From NCBI GenBank assembly GCA_016748015.1, contig JAAOMT010000772.1, forward strand, positions 189,541-253,540: a stretch of 64,000 bases of DNA, read 5' to 3'. The position numbers and the translations under genes are program-made. Of the stretch, positions 39,918-51,437 are shown piece by piece (positions within the stretch are counted from its first letter, which is position 1; every line of letters begins with the position of its first letter). A model generated the notes under the pieces. The model was not told the origin of the DNA. It did not search any database and worked only from the letters and a program-made list of their open reading frames with translations. Source of the stretch: Geosiphon pyriformis uo1 (lineage: Eukaryota > Fungi > Glomeromycota).

Positions 39918-42358
39918 CTGTTTATCTTTCTTCTATCATCATTAACCAAAATTTTCTCACAGATTACCAAATTCTTGGCCTTATTCAAGCTAAATTCTAA
40001 TGTAAAAGATGATTTAATAATTTCTAGAAATTTTGAGAGAGTAGAAGCCCCCCCAAAACTATTAATTTAATAGAAAATTTTTTTAACTGCAATTAATTTA
40101 TCACCATTAGTTTTGTTTAACACAGCAGATAGTTTAATATCTAATATGAAAGATTTAACTGGCTTAAAATTTCACTTATTCAAAACACATGACTTGACAG
40201 ACAGCAAATGCTTAGCATCAGAAAATTTAGGAATTGAAAGTTTTAAAATATTATTATTGTTATTGTTTAAATTGTCAAAAAAAATATTTTTAGGTTTACT
40301 GCTCAAAACATATGTTTTAATACAAGTCTTTCTGAATGTGGCATCATCCATATATCATTGACTTCTAAGGCATTTGAATCAGCATAGCTGGTCTTTTCTG
40401 CAACTGTATTCTCCATGTTCTCCAGATCCAATACACTGCTAATACTGCTTGTTATGTTGTTTACCTTATTATCTCAGAACTTCAAAAGCTTGTTGTCATT
40501 AGTAACCATATTTACAAGAAACAAAAAGCCAGCAGACATCTTGATCACATTACTAACAACAGTAGGTTTCTTGTAAGTAACACTATGTAAATAAACACTC
40601 ATCAACTGTTTGGTTTTAACACCAAATTGGGTCTTCAACTCAGCCAAAGCAGTTACCAACCCATTAGCAAAAGAGCTTATTGGATCTATATTTATGAACA
40701 AAAGTATGTTGGAAGAAATAACTATGAAAATAAAGAGAATAGAGAATAAAGAAAATTTATCTTTTTAGTAAAATTCAGCTTTTTTTGTAACCAAAAGATC
40801 AACAAGAAAAAGATTAACAATAAAAACATATTAACTAATTTTAATTTATATTAATTTTTGGCTGTGTTTCTTAATATATTAATTTTTAATTTTTAAATAT
40901 TATAAAAGTAAAATAAAATATTTTTTTACATATATTTTTAATTAATTAATTCATTAAATTATTTATTTTAAAATTTGAATTAATTAAATAAAAACTGAAT
41001 TAATTTTTGCTTTCTTGTTTTTTAATATTATCTTTAATTATGTTTAAAAAACAATTACTGATTATTAAAAGTTTTTTAAATAAATAATTTTTACTTTAAT
41101 GTTTAATTTTACATAAAATTCTAATATTTAGTTTAATTCAATCTGAATTTAATTAAATTATTGAATTAAATTAAACTTAAACAAAAATTTTGATTAAATT
41201 TTAAACTTAAACTTAAACCAAACTTAAAATTACTAAACTTAAATTAAACTCAAATCTAAATAACAATTTTAGTTTAAATTTAATTCAAAGTTTGTAAATA
41301 TATTCAAATTTAATTATTAATTAATTTTTTTTAATAGTTTTTATATTTAATTATTTATAAAATAATAAAATTTTTTTTTTGAATTTGATACAATACAAAG
41401 TATTATAATTGTATTTATTTTAAAATTATATTCAACTAATTTTTTTTGTTGCTTTAGCTATTATGATAAATAATAAATCTAATATTAATATATATTAAAA
41501 TAAATAAATAAATTTAATTGAAATTATAATACTTTATTAAATTTATTATTATTAACAAAATTTTACAATCTATTATAAATTAAATATTTGAGTACTTAAT
41601 ATTACTTTAAAGTAATTCTATAAAATTAATAGTCTATTGTTAACTAATAATTTAGTATCTTTTAATATTATTAATCTGTTATATATAAGTTTAAATATAA
41701 ATACTTATAAGTCGAATTTTAAATAGAGAATTTCAGTTAATTTTGATGTTAATTATCTTTTGTTTTTATTGTTTTTTAAGCTTTGTTATAACTTTTGTAT
41801 TATTTGTAAATATTAGTCTATAGTGTTGTTTTGTTTAATTTAAATGGCTAGTTATATATAAAAAACACATAAGTTGTGTTTATTTATAATAAGTAATAGT
41901 TATTAAATTAATAAAAATAATTTTATTAATAAATATTTGTATAGTATTATTTGCTATAATAATATATACATCTGTTGTTAATAATTAATTATGTTTTTGG
42001 CAAATTTATTATTGGTATTAATGTGTATATTATTGTTTTGATTTACAATGATTTTATTAAATAATATTAATAAAAAGTTGTTTTTGTTCAAATTAAAACA
42101 GTTAACGATATTAAAATTTTATTCTTAAAATAAATAATTATGGAAAAATCCTTTTCACAAAAATAGAAGCCATTGTTTACAAATATTTGAACCTTAGTAA
42201 CCTTTGTTGCTAATGCTTATTAATATAGAAGCATTTCCTAGAAATGCTTCAAGGCATTCTCGATATTTACAAAATACTTGCAATAACTGCATACTGAAGC
42301 GTTTCTAGCGAGACAGGCAATATTTTACAGCCTTCTGCAAATTATTTCATAAAAAAGA

Positions 42359-42865
42359 ATGGAAATCCAACAAATTTGCGTTATTGGGGCTGGAATCAGC
42401 GGTCTGGTAACAGCTAAAACTTTTGTTGAGGAAGGCTACGACGTTACTGTAATCGAGAAAGAAAAAGGACTTGGTGGTGTTTGGGAAAAATCTCGAAGTT
42501 ACCCACTATTAACAACCCAGAGTACAAGGGACACATTTGGGTTTTCTGACTATCCCATGCCTGCATCTTACCCAGAGTGGCCGACAGCAGAGCAGATGCG
42601 GAATCACTTACACTCATACGCCGAAATTTTTGGGGTTCTTGAGAGGATTCGCTTCCAAACCGAAGTCACCAATGTTTCCCGAAAAACTGGAGAACGACCA
42701 GGATGGTTAGTTACCATTAGAGTGAAGGAAGGCAATGGGGATGAGACAAAAGAGGAAAAGCACGAATTTGACTTTGTGCTAGTGTGCAATGGGATATTTA
42801 GTTTCCCTAATCTACCTTCTTTGCCTGGTAGGGAGAAGTTCGCAGCATCTGGAGGACGGGTACTT
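42359..42865 (+). CDS. Bacterial-type flavin-containing monooxygenase, N-terminal fragment (probable contaminant chimera)
   Basis: FAD-binding VIGAGISG, EK..LGGVW, FSDYPMP..YPEWP, YAE.FG..ERIRFQTEV, FDFVLVCNG.F..P..P, GGRVL. Intronless and unmutated within eroded AT-rich DNA; cut off where FMOs continue with HS. Confidence 0.85.
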
Positions 42866-42884
42866 CTGTCTCTTATACACATCT
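42866..42884 (+). other. Tn5/Nextera mosaic-end adapter sequence (library artefact)
   Basis: Exact 19-mer CTGTCTCTTATACACATCT; translates as the artefact peptides LSLIHI and MCIRDR. Confidence 0.97.
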
Positions 42885-43289
42885 CAAAAACAGTATTACC
42901 AAAATTCTGAGTTTTATTAAAATTGAAATACATTGATTGGTTTTATTCATAATTGGGTTCGCTTAAATATTGGGTGTAGTCTTTAATTTGAATTTATTAT
43001 ATTATAGTTAATATGAGATTTGGTTTTAATATATTGTATTATAAAAAGCTTTTTTGAGTGGTTTTCTTGTTTATATATTTATTAAAATTTTTTTAAGTTA
43101 TAATATAATATAAAAAACAAAATTTTCTGGTTAAATAATTTGTTGGTTGTTTATTTACATACTTTAAAATTATAAGTTTTGTTCAACAAAACTTTATTGA
43201 AAAAAATTTTTAAAAAATTATTTAAAATTAATTTTTTATACATTTTAATAATTAAAAAACTTCTTTCTCTTTTACATTTTATTTTCTTG

Positions 43290-43945
43290 CAAATATTTTT
43301 CAAGTAAATAATCTCTTTGTGGTGAATCTGGTGGCTGCTTTAAATAGCATTATGTCTAAAAAAAAAGCACCTAAGAAAACTCTTTATAATTCTGTTAAAA
43401 GTTTTTTCTTTTAAAAAAAAAATTTCAGTTAGTAATATTAAGCATTTTGGTGATAAAAAAGATATCTCTTTAGTCAAACCTAATATTAGTAGTAGTGTAT
43501 ATTTAAATATAAACAGTAAGTCTGATAATAGTAAAAATAATAATGTTTTATTAAATGTTAGTGGTGGCTCTTTTCTTGGCTTAGTAGCAAATATTTTTAA
43601 AACTAAAAAAATAAATTCTAGTATGGTTTATGGCTTTCCTATTAGTTCAATTGATTATAACATAAATAAGAACAAAAGATTTCTTTTTCTTCCTTTTAAT
43701 TTCTTTTTTAAAAAAAGTGAAAAATTTTAAAATAGTGAAAACTCAAGTCAAAATAGCCATTAAAAAATTTTTTGTATTAAACATTAATCTTTTAGTTATA
43801 AAAAAAAAATTAGCAACAGCCAAAACTCAAGTTATTAAAATTTTTTTTTTAGCAATTAATAGTTTTAAAGAGGTTATTACTTCCTCAAAATTTAAAAAGA
43901 TTATTAAAGTAATGTTTATTTCAAAAAAAAATATAAATAAGATTG
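43290..43945 (+). mobile_element. Old LINE ORF1 5' fragment (host of later insertions; continues at 60667-60712)
   Basis: MSKKKAPKK start and KKFFVLNINL..KKLATAKTQVIK..FKEVITSSKF match the 3.2-6.9 kb LINE ORF1. The reading NKIV|LL..KKIKVNS resumes after the TSD at 60677. Confidence 0.75.
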
Positions 43946-44082
43946 AAAAATTTTGTATCTTTCTCTTGTCAATTCCCTGACTACTACGAAAATGAAAGAA
44001 TTTTTGGAAGAAATCTCTTTCTTTATTCCTTTTCTTTTTGTTCATTCAAGTTATTTCTTTTAATACACCTCTTTTTGTTGTG

Positions 44083-46010
44083 ATAGAACTAATAAGTGCA
44101 TCTGCTGATGGTTCTGGTCAGTTATTACTTGGTTGGGATCCCATTTTGGTAATAAAAATAACAAAAAAAAGATGCGAGTTGATAGTGTGTATTCTCGCAG
44201 TTTTTCTTTTAAGAAACCAAACAAACCTGGGGCTTCTGGTCTCATTGTGGATTTGTTAACTGGGTCTTTGTCTGCTGAGATGTTACAAGCTACTGATATT
44301 AGACATGACAAATTTTGAAATAGTGAGATGGAAAGCGAGAAAAGCAGTATGAGTAAGGTGTTAAACATAAAGAACTTGAAAAACACAATTGCTAAAGAGA
44401 CAAGCTATGTTGATTCCAACACTTCTGAGACAGATGACATAATGGATGACACAACTCTTAGAAAAATGCAGACAAGAACTTATGTCTTGGGACAACTGCC
44501 AAAGGTATCTTCTTTTGTTAATGCGAATAACAATAATAATAAGTTGGTGCTCCCAGTATCTAAATTTGTTAGATTCAATTGGCTGCTGTCTGCTGAGTCA
44601 TATGTCCTGGAAAAACGGAATTTCAAGCCAGTAAAATTATTTGCATTAGATGTTGAATTGTTTGCTGTATCTGGAAAGACAAATAGTAATAAGCTAATTA
44701 CAATCAAAAAATTTTTTTATTGAATTAATGATTTTGGAGGGGGCATTGACTTCTTCAAGATTTCCAAGAATTATTAAGTTATCATTCACATCTGAAAAAA
44801 GTTTAATAAAAGCAAGGGAAATGGTAATCAGTGAAAAAATTTTGGTTAATAATAATCTCAAGAAAGTAAACAGCTGTTCAGATTGGGAAGTGATTGTCAA
44901 GAAGATTCCAGTGGATCTTTTCAGATCAGTAGTGAAATCAGTCTTTTCCAAATTTGGCAAGATTACTTCGATTAAGATGCAGTTAATTGGATTTTGACAA
45001 AAGGCTCTGGTAAAGTTTGAATCATCTGAGATGGTCAGTTTGGTTGCTTCTAAATAGTTAATGTTCATGAAAAAAGATTCTGTACATATAGCTTTAACAA
45101 ATGAGAATAAACAAACATGGGTATTTAAAGATCAGCATCAGGCTTTGCTTTATACTCTTCCAGTTGGTATCATGGCCCATGATCTTTTTGTTTTGGTGAG
45201 AACTTATGATAAGAAAACCTGTTTTATTGGCCATAATCCTGCATCATACATGTAAAATAGGTGCACTATCATTTGTTTTGAAAATGAAGCATCCAAGTTG
45301 GCTGCTATTAATTTTGTTCTAGTTTTCAAGAATGTAAGTTTGCATTGGGCTGGTCTCTCTCTGGTGTTTGTTCTGTGGGTGAAAATTCTGGTGTTTGTGG
45401 TAAACAGGTAATAACTTCTCAGGATCGGATCCATTTGGCCAATATTTATAAAAAGAAACAGATGCCTATTGCTTATCCAGTTTTCTTTGGTGGCAAAACA
45501 TGGGCCCAGGTTGTCAATAGCTCTCCTTTTTATGTAAGCTTATCAGTTCTTTCTGGCATTGGTTTGTCTTCTAGTGCAAAGCACTTTTTAATGATTTCTG
45601 TTCCTCTTGATGGTTTCAACTTGAATGATTGTTTGGCAATCTTGGAATGCTCTTTTGAGCTTTTGGCAAATTAAGTTTTACTTGTTTTGAAGAAGTTGAG
45701 CTCTTTGAATTTGGTACCTCTGGCTCCTTCCCCTGTTGCTTCCTCTCTGATCAATTTTGTGTTGTTGGACTTTAATTTAGGTTTGAATATGGTTTTGGAT
45801 GATACATTGGAATCAGGTGCTTCTGTCCCTTTGTTTGATGTTGGTATGGTTGCTAATCTCAGTTCAAGTAATTCTAGGGTTCTGATTTCTAAGGTGGGCG
45901 GCTTAGAGTCAAAGATGGTGGTCTTGAAGGTTTCAGTCAATTTGGTCTTGGTGAGGTTGGATCAATTGTGTTCTGGTTTGGGTTTTTCGGCTCTTTCTTA
46001 TTCTCAATGA
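44083..46010 (+). pseudogene. LINE ORF1 (RRM-like nucleic-acid chaperone), multiple stops
   Basis: Colinear fragments from 44328 to 46010, including EVIVKKIPVDLFRSVVKSVFSKFGKITSIKMQLIG and ALLYTLPVG. Stops fall mostly at former TGG/CAA codons. Confidence 0.8.
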
Positions 46011-49000
46011 CTGATTTAATTTGAAGAATTGCTACTTGTAATGTTAGAGGAATAAACAATCCTGCAAAACAGAATGATATCATTCATTGGCATAAGGAAA
46101 AGGACAATTTAGTTTCTATTTTCACAGAATCAAAGTTAAAAGAGAAGGTTTGCCTCTGGATTGTTAACAAATTTGATAGTATATAGGTGTTTACTTCTGG
46201 TTTAGAATCTGGTTATCTGGGCGCTAGTGTTGTGGTTGTCATGAATTTTTCTTTGGCAAAACATGTATGCAAAATTTCAGAAGTGTCTGATTGACTCCTG
46301 TTTATCAAGTTGCTTTTCAAGAATAAACTTTCAGTGTTAATTTTAGGGCTTTACATTGGTGTCTTTTTGGTGGCTCAGTTTTTTCAGGCTGGCAATATCA
46401 ACTCTCTTATTGCAAAGGCTGTTAATGAATCTTTTTTTGTTATTCTCAGAGGTGATTTTAATGAAAATGGTTCTTGTAGATGTGCAAGTTTCAAGAAATG
46501 CCTGGACTTTGGTTTGGTTAATGCCTTAGGTGAGAGCTCTTGTGGGAAGTCACCGACTTGGTCCAATTTTTGAGGCATTGTTAAAACAATTAATTATGTG
46601 CTTATTTCTTTGAACTTGGTCAATACAGTGGTAGATCATGGTGTATTTGGTGTTAGAGAATACTTTGATACTGATTATCAAACTGTTTCAATGTTGGTAA
46701 GTTTAGGTGGTTTGCTCGATGTTCAGTTAAATTCTGTTTACAAACAAGCAAATAAGGATTGTTGGAAGTACAATTGCAAAAATGCAGATGATATTAAATG
46801 AGCCAAATTTAAGAATGATACAGCAGCAAATGCTGCTATGTTTCATGATGATTTTCTTGCAGCCAGAATGCACTCAGACTTGGATGCAATGTGGGTTGTT
46901 CTCTATAAAGTGTTATGTCTGTCTGCTAAGGCAGTTTTTAAGAGGAAGTGGTTCAAGGACTATGATTACGTTTTTGTTAAGAAGTTATCTAAGTTTCACA
47001 AGCTGGAACTCCTGGAGTCTAAATTAGTTAAGGCATCTTGTTTGAACTCTTTTAGAGAGTTTACATCCTTGCTTGACAAGTGGAAAAGTTTGGATTTGGT
47101 TAATGCTTCTATAATGAAGTCTTTTTTTCTGTTAAGTTCCTCTTTTGATGCTATTCAGTCAGTTTTGTTCAAGGTTAGAAAGTCTTATTGCTCCTCCAAA
47201 ATGTCAGAAGTGGAATGTGTTAAAGAATCTCGAATCAGATTGACAATAGATAAGAAAATAAAAAGTTTCGAATTAAACAAGAGTTATACTATTAGGAGTG
47301 TATTAGAATGTCCCTTTTGCAAAGTAACTTTAGATCATCTAGTTATTGATGATAAATTGGTTTTGGAACCTGATCTGGTTAGAACCAAGGTGGATGTGAT
47401 TATGGAGGGATAGACTAGAAAATGCAATATGGTTTCTGTTGTTACTAATAAATGACATTACCAATATTAGCCTTTGGAGTATGTTTTTAATGATGCTTTT
47501 TCAGGTGTGATGTGCTCAATTGACTTCGATAAAATGTCTAGTGTTATCTCAAATCTGTCTGATGGGAAAGTGGCTGATCTCTCTAGTATCTTAAATAAGT
47601 TATGGAAACATTATGACAGGTTGGTTTTGGATATGCTTTTGGTGCTTTTGAACTTTTGCTTGGAATGTGAATCTGTTTCTGGGCCTTGGAAAGAGACTTG
47701 AGTGTTAATGATCCCCAAACCATATGAGTGAAAGAGTGTTCTTACAAACACCCATCCTATTGCTTTGATTAAGACAGCTTACAAAATTTTTTTCAAGATT
47801 CTTTTAGACAGAATTTTTTTTGTGTGTAGTATGTTTGATGTTCTCAGAGGTGATAATTTTTCTGTTTTAAAGATATGATCATACAGTCTTCTATTTTCAC
47901 TATTGGATCAATAGTTGAAGATGTTTTGGAAAAGAACCATAAGCTGTGGCTGGTCTTGCAAGACATGTGAAAGGCTTATGATTCTGTTTGCTGAGAGCAT
48001 CTGAGGAAGAGTTTGGTCAGGATAAAGATGTGTAACAAGTTCATTTGATTTTTTGGTGGCATCTACAATGGTCAGGTCAACAAATTTATAACAGATTTTG
48101 GGTTAACCAATGAGTATCAGGTGCATAATGATTTGGACCAAGAGGAGATGTTTTCTTCTTTTCTTTGGCACATATTTTATAATCCTCTTTTGTGTGAAGT
48201 CAAAAGACAGAAAAGTGTGTGTAGATACAGGTTGAATTTTTGTTTTGTAACCAGGACTGGTTGCTTTGAATCTTGGACTGGTTTGACTTTTTTTCTTGCT
48301 GCTGGTACTTTTGTCGATGACACAATTTGGGTTGGTAGCAGCCAGCATACTATGCAATATATTCTCAATATTGCTAGCAAATTTTTTCAGATCAATGACA
48401 TTTCGATCAATAATGACAAGATAGTAGTCATTTCCATTAATTGCAGAGTTTTTGATCCTTGTTTGCTGATCAGTGGTATGCCTATTTTGATAGCCAAGAA
48501 GAGGAAGTCTTATCAGTATTTGGGCATTTTTTTGTCTACTGAGAGTTTGTCAAAGTCTAGCTTGGCTAAAGCTCATCTGGATGTCCAGTTTTTTACCAAT
48601 CTTGTGCTGAAAAAAGCTGTTTCTGACAAACAATTCTTGTATTTGGTATTAGTGGTTCTTCATCTCATCATTGCTTACAAAACTCAGTTCAATTTCATTT
48701 CTATTAATGTGTGTACAAAGTAAGACACTATGATTCACAAGAGTTTGAAATCTAAATCTGGCTTGTCACTCACTTTCCCAATAATGCTATTTATTACTCT
48801 TCTTTGTATGGTTTGAAGTCTTTAAAACAGGTTCAGGCTGAAGGCAAGTCAGCTTTTGTTGTTAGGTTTGTCAATTTTGAAGATATCTTGGGCCATTTGT
48901 TCACATATAAATCACATGACTTGCAGATTCTCAGCTGGCATCTTTGCCACCCCCTGCTTTTCCCTTCTTATATTAATATCAATCTTTTAGATAATTTTTT

Positions 49001-49674
49001 GGCTGGCATTGTCCAGATTTTTTTGGGGTGTGATCTTTCTCTGGATGGTATTGTGACCAATGCTTTTTATTTTCAAAATGGAACTCTTATGTTTGTCATT
49101 CTTGGTGAGCCCATTTTTTGTAAATGTGTCTTTTCACTTTGGCAATATGAGATTGTCTTTGTTGAGCAGCTTTGCAATTATACTGGTTCTGTTTTCAAAT
49201 AAAGGACTTTCAAGTAATAGAAAAGATTGGACCCTCGGGGCCCAGTTTTTCATTGGTTTGACATTGCTGTTTGCTTTCTGAATGGTTCTGAGCCACCTTT
49301 TGTTGTCAGATGTTGGTTTGTCTAATATTCTTGAATCTTGTGAGTTTGGAGTTGTGTGCGATCAGTTGTTAGAAGTTGATTTCAGTTGTTTTTTTTTGTT
49401 TACAGATGGTTCTCTGAGTGAGCTGGGTACTCTTGATATGAGAGCTGGTGCTGCTGTTTTTTTTGAAGACATTGATTTGAATTTGGGTGTGAGAGTGTCT
49501 GGTTTGGTTTTTTCTATTATGATGGAGTTGCAGGCCATTGCTCTGGCTCTTAAGTATTTTTCTCTTTCTTGCTCGGTCAACTTGTTTTTGAACAGCCAGG
49601 TTGCTTTGGATGTGTGCATGTCAGAATTTATGTTGACTTGTTTGGATTTCAGAAATCAATATTGGATTGAGTAT

Positions 49675-50627
49675 TATTACCAGAGGTTTTTGGTCTCTTT
49701 TCTTGAATGTTATAACTGTCTGTTGGTTGCAAATTCACGTTTTTTAGAAGTAGTTGAATCTCCAATAACTGAATTTATCTTCAAATTATCTCCTATAATT
49801 TGAACTGCTGGGCTTATAAGTAGAATGGCCAATTCCATGCCAGTTGCTTTGTGTAGTTACATTGCAGTAAATGTCAACTCTTTCCCAGGAATTGCTTGTC
49901 TGAAAGCTCACTAAAAATGTGTAGTTACTTTGCTGTGAAAGTCAACTCTTTTACAGAAATCTCGTCTGTAGGCTACCCTAATGATTATAATAAGAAAAAA
50001 AATAAAGAAAATAAAAGAAATGTAAAAAAAATAGAATTTTGTCAAGGGAAACGTTTTCTATCCAGGCCTGGAGTCACTAACAGTTTACTGAAATTGGTAG
50101 CTAATCAATTTCGAAATGTTAGTTGGGTTTTGGGAATTTTCCAAGTGCAATAATTAAAGAATTTGATTTTTCGAATTATTTGATATTTATTTCTTTCTGT
50201 GTGTATAGGAATGGTTCTAAGTAATAAATCTAAAATAAGATACATTTTCTTGAAGAAAAAAGCTTTTCTTTTATACAACTTGTTGTAGTACTAGTCTATA
50301 AACTTGCACTTTTTTTCTTTGCTCAAATTTTGGCAAACTAAAGATAAATTTTGATGAACTACAAGTTATTTCACTGAACTATTGATTAATTTAGGTGAAC
50401 TATTCATAATTTCAGCGAATTTTAAAATGTTATAAAGTTCAGAGTATTGTGTAATTTGATCATCCTACTTTCTGTTATACTAATTAAATTATTTTAATTG
50501 AATCGTGATATGTGATAATTAATTAAATAATAAATGATAATTTGAAATGATATTAATATACTAATTAATTATAGGAATTATAAGGGTAATTTCGTGCTAA
50601 TTAATAGCTAAAATTCTACTAGTAACA
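49675..50627 (-). repeat. 3' LTR (953 bp)
   Basis: ~95% identical to 58555-59527; termini T(A)TTACCAG...CTAGTAACA (consensus TIR TGTTACCAG/CTGGTAACA). Confidence 0.95.
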
Positions 50628-51302
50628 TAATCTCCTCTTCAAGACTGAGTTCCATCAAAGTCCAAGCACTATCTGTGATATTGAAATAGTAATCCAAAAT
50701 AATTGAAGTAATTTGGTCTGAAAATTGTTGAAATTTCAGTTCTGTGAGCTTGCCAATGTATTGGACTTTCATTGGTTGCAGTATTAGATTTTATAGAACA
50801 TTTTCACAAGTATTAAACAATCATAGAGTCTAAAAGCTGCTTTAAGTTTGTAGCAAGTGTTTGTTGGTCCAGCTGCTGTTTTGAATTCATTGTGGATTTG
50901 TTTTTGTATAGCTTCAGGAGTGAAATTTGTTGCTTCAAGTTCCAGTTTTCGTTCATAAAGTGTCTTTCCAATGTGAAAGTATTTATAGATAGGGGTGTGT
51001 TCATTGAGAAGTGATAGAAGTTTTTGTTGTATTGTAGCATTTGGTGGAATGTCAATAGGGGCAATTAAAAGATTTTCTTCCAGTGCTTGCTTCAAAAGTC
51101 TTGGTAACCTATTTTCAGAGTGACTTCTTGTTTTTTTTCTATAAGAGTGATAGTTCTGTGAATGATTTGCTACTGGGGCTGTGGTTTCCTTCTGAATGTA
51201 ATTAATTTAACTTCCATTAATCGTTATGGATAAGTCAAGAAGTGTTTTCAAGGCTAACATTAACTTTTGGGATATTTGTTGAATATTTCGAGGAATAATC
51301 AT
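50608..51302 (-). pseudogene. Accessory ORF3 downstream of integrase (~230 aa, one stop near the start and one frameshift/stop near 50800), unknown function
   Basis: ATG 51302 is in frame with ORF 50784-51095. After a 1-nt shift it continues LFNTCENVL*NLILQPMKVQYIGKLTELKFQQF... through the PPT to a TAG inside the LTR. No TM or signal-like stretch. Confidence 0.6.
50631..50640 (-). other. Polypurine tract
   Basis: GAAGAGGAGA on the minus strand, 3 nt before the 3' LTR. Confidence 0.8.
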
Positions 51303-51437
51303 GATAAAATTGACTAATTATGAAAAGAGAGAATAAAGAAAATTATTTTTGGAATATGGGGTTTTTTATTTGTTTTTGGGTTTAGGTGTTTTTGTAATTT
51401 ATTTACTATTTTTGTCTTTGTGTTTTTATTGTAAAAT

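Larger units (their letters stand above)
33670..40814 (-). mobile_element. Near full-length degenerate LINE (ORF1; ORF2 APE-RT-partial RNase H-Cys/His knuckle), interrupted by a solo LTR
   Basis: ORF1 fragments at 40474-40701, 38872-39059 and 37968-38558. APE at 37439-37789 (LSGNFNKN). RT FVDDTIW at ~35655-35675; CLLCDKVE knuckle in 34249-34692. Poly(A)/AATAAA at 33670-33680. 5' end resembles that of the 43946 LINE. Possible TSD TAACAATAAA (33657-66 / 40815-24) is tentative. Confidence 0.85.

Noticed and set aside
40830-42100. Ultra AT-rich tracts (also ~6900-7600, 15950-16700, 33110-33660) as possible centromere or organelle DNA
   Set aside because: No satellite periodicity or organellar genes; more simply explained as end-stage eroded transposon sequence.
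42604-42933. 109-aa antisense ORF containing MCIRDR
   Set aside because: Shadow of the FMO fragment plus the translated Nextera adapter.
46007-49674. Alternative genetic code (TGA=Trp) suggested by stops at Trp positions
   Set aside because: TAG and TAA also replace TGG and CAA, and host genes use TGA as a stop; G>A/C>T decay explains the pattern.
49896-50153. Duplicated 85-aa ORF (also 58776-59033)
   Set aside because: It is the same antisense frame in both LTR copies, starts at TTG and shows no coding signal.
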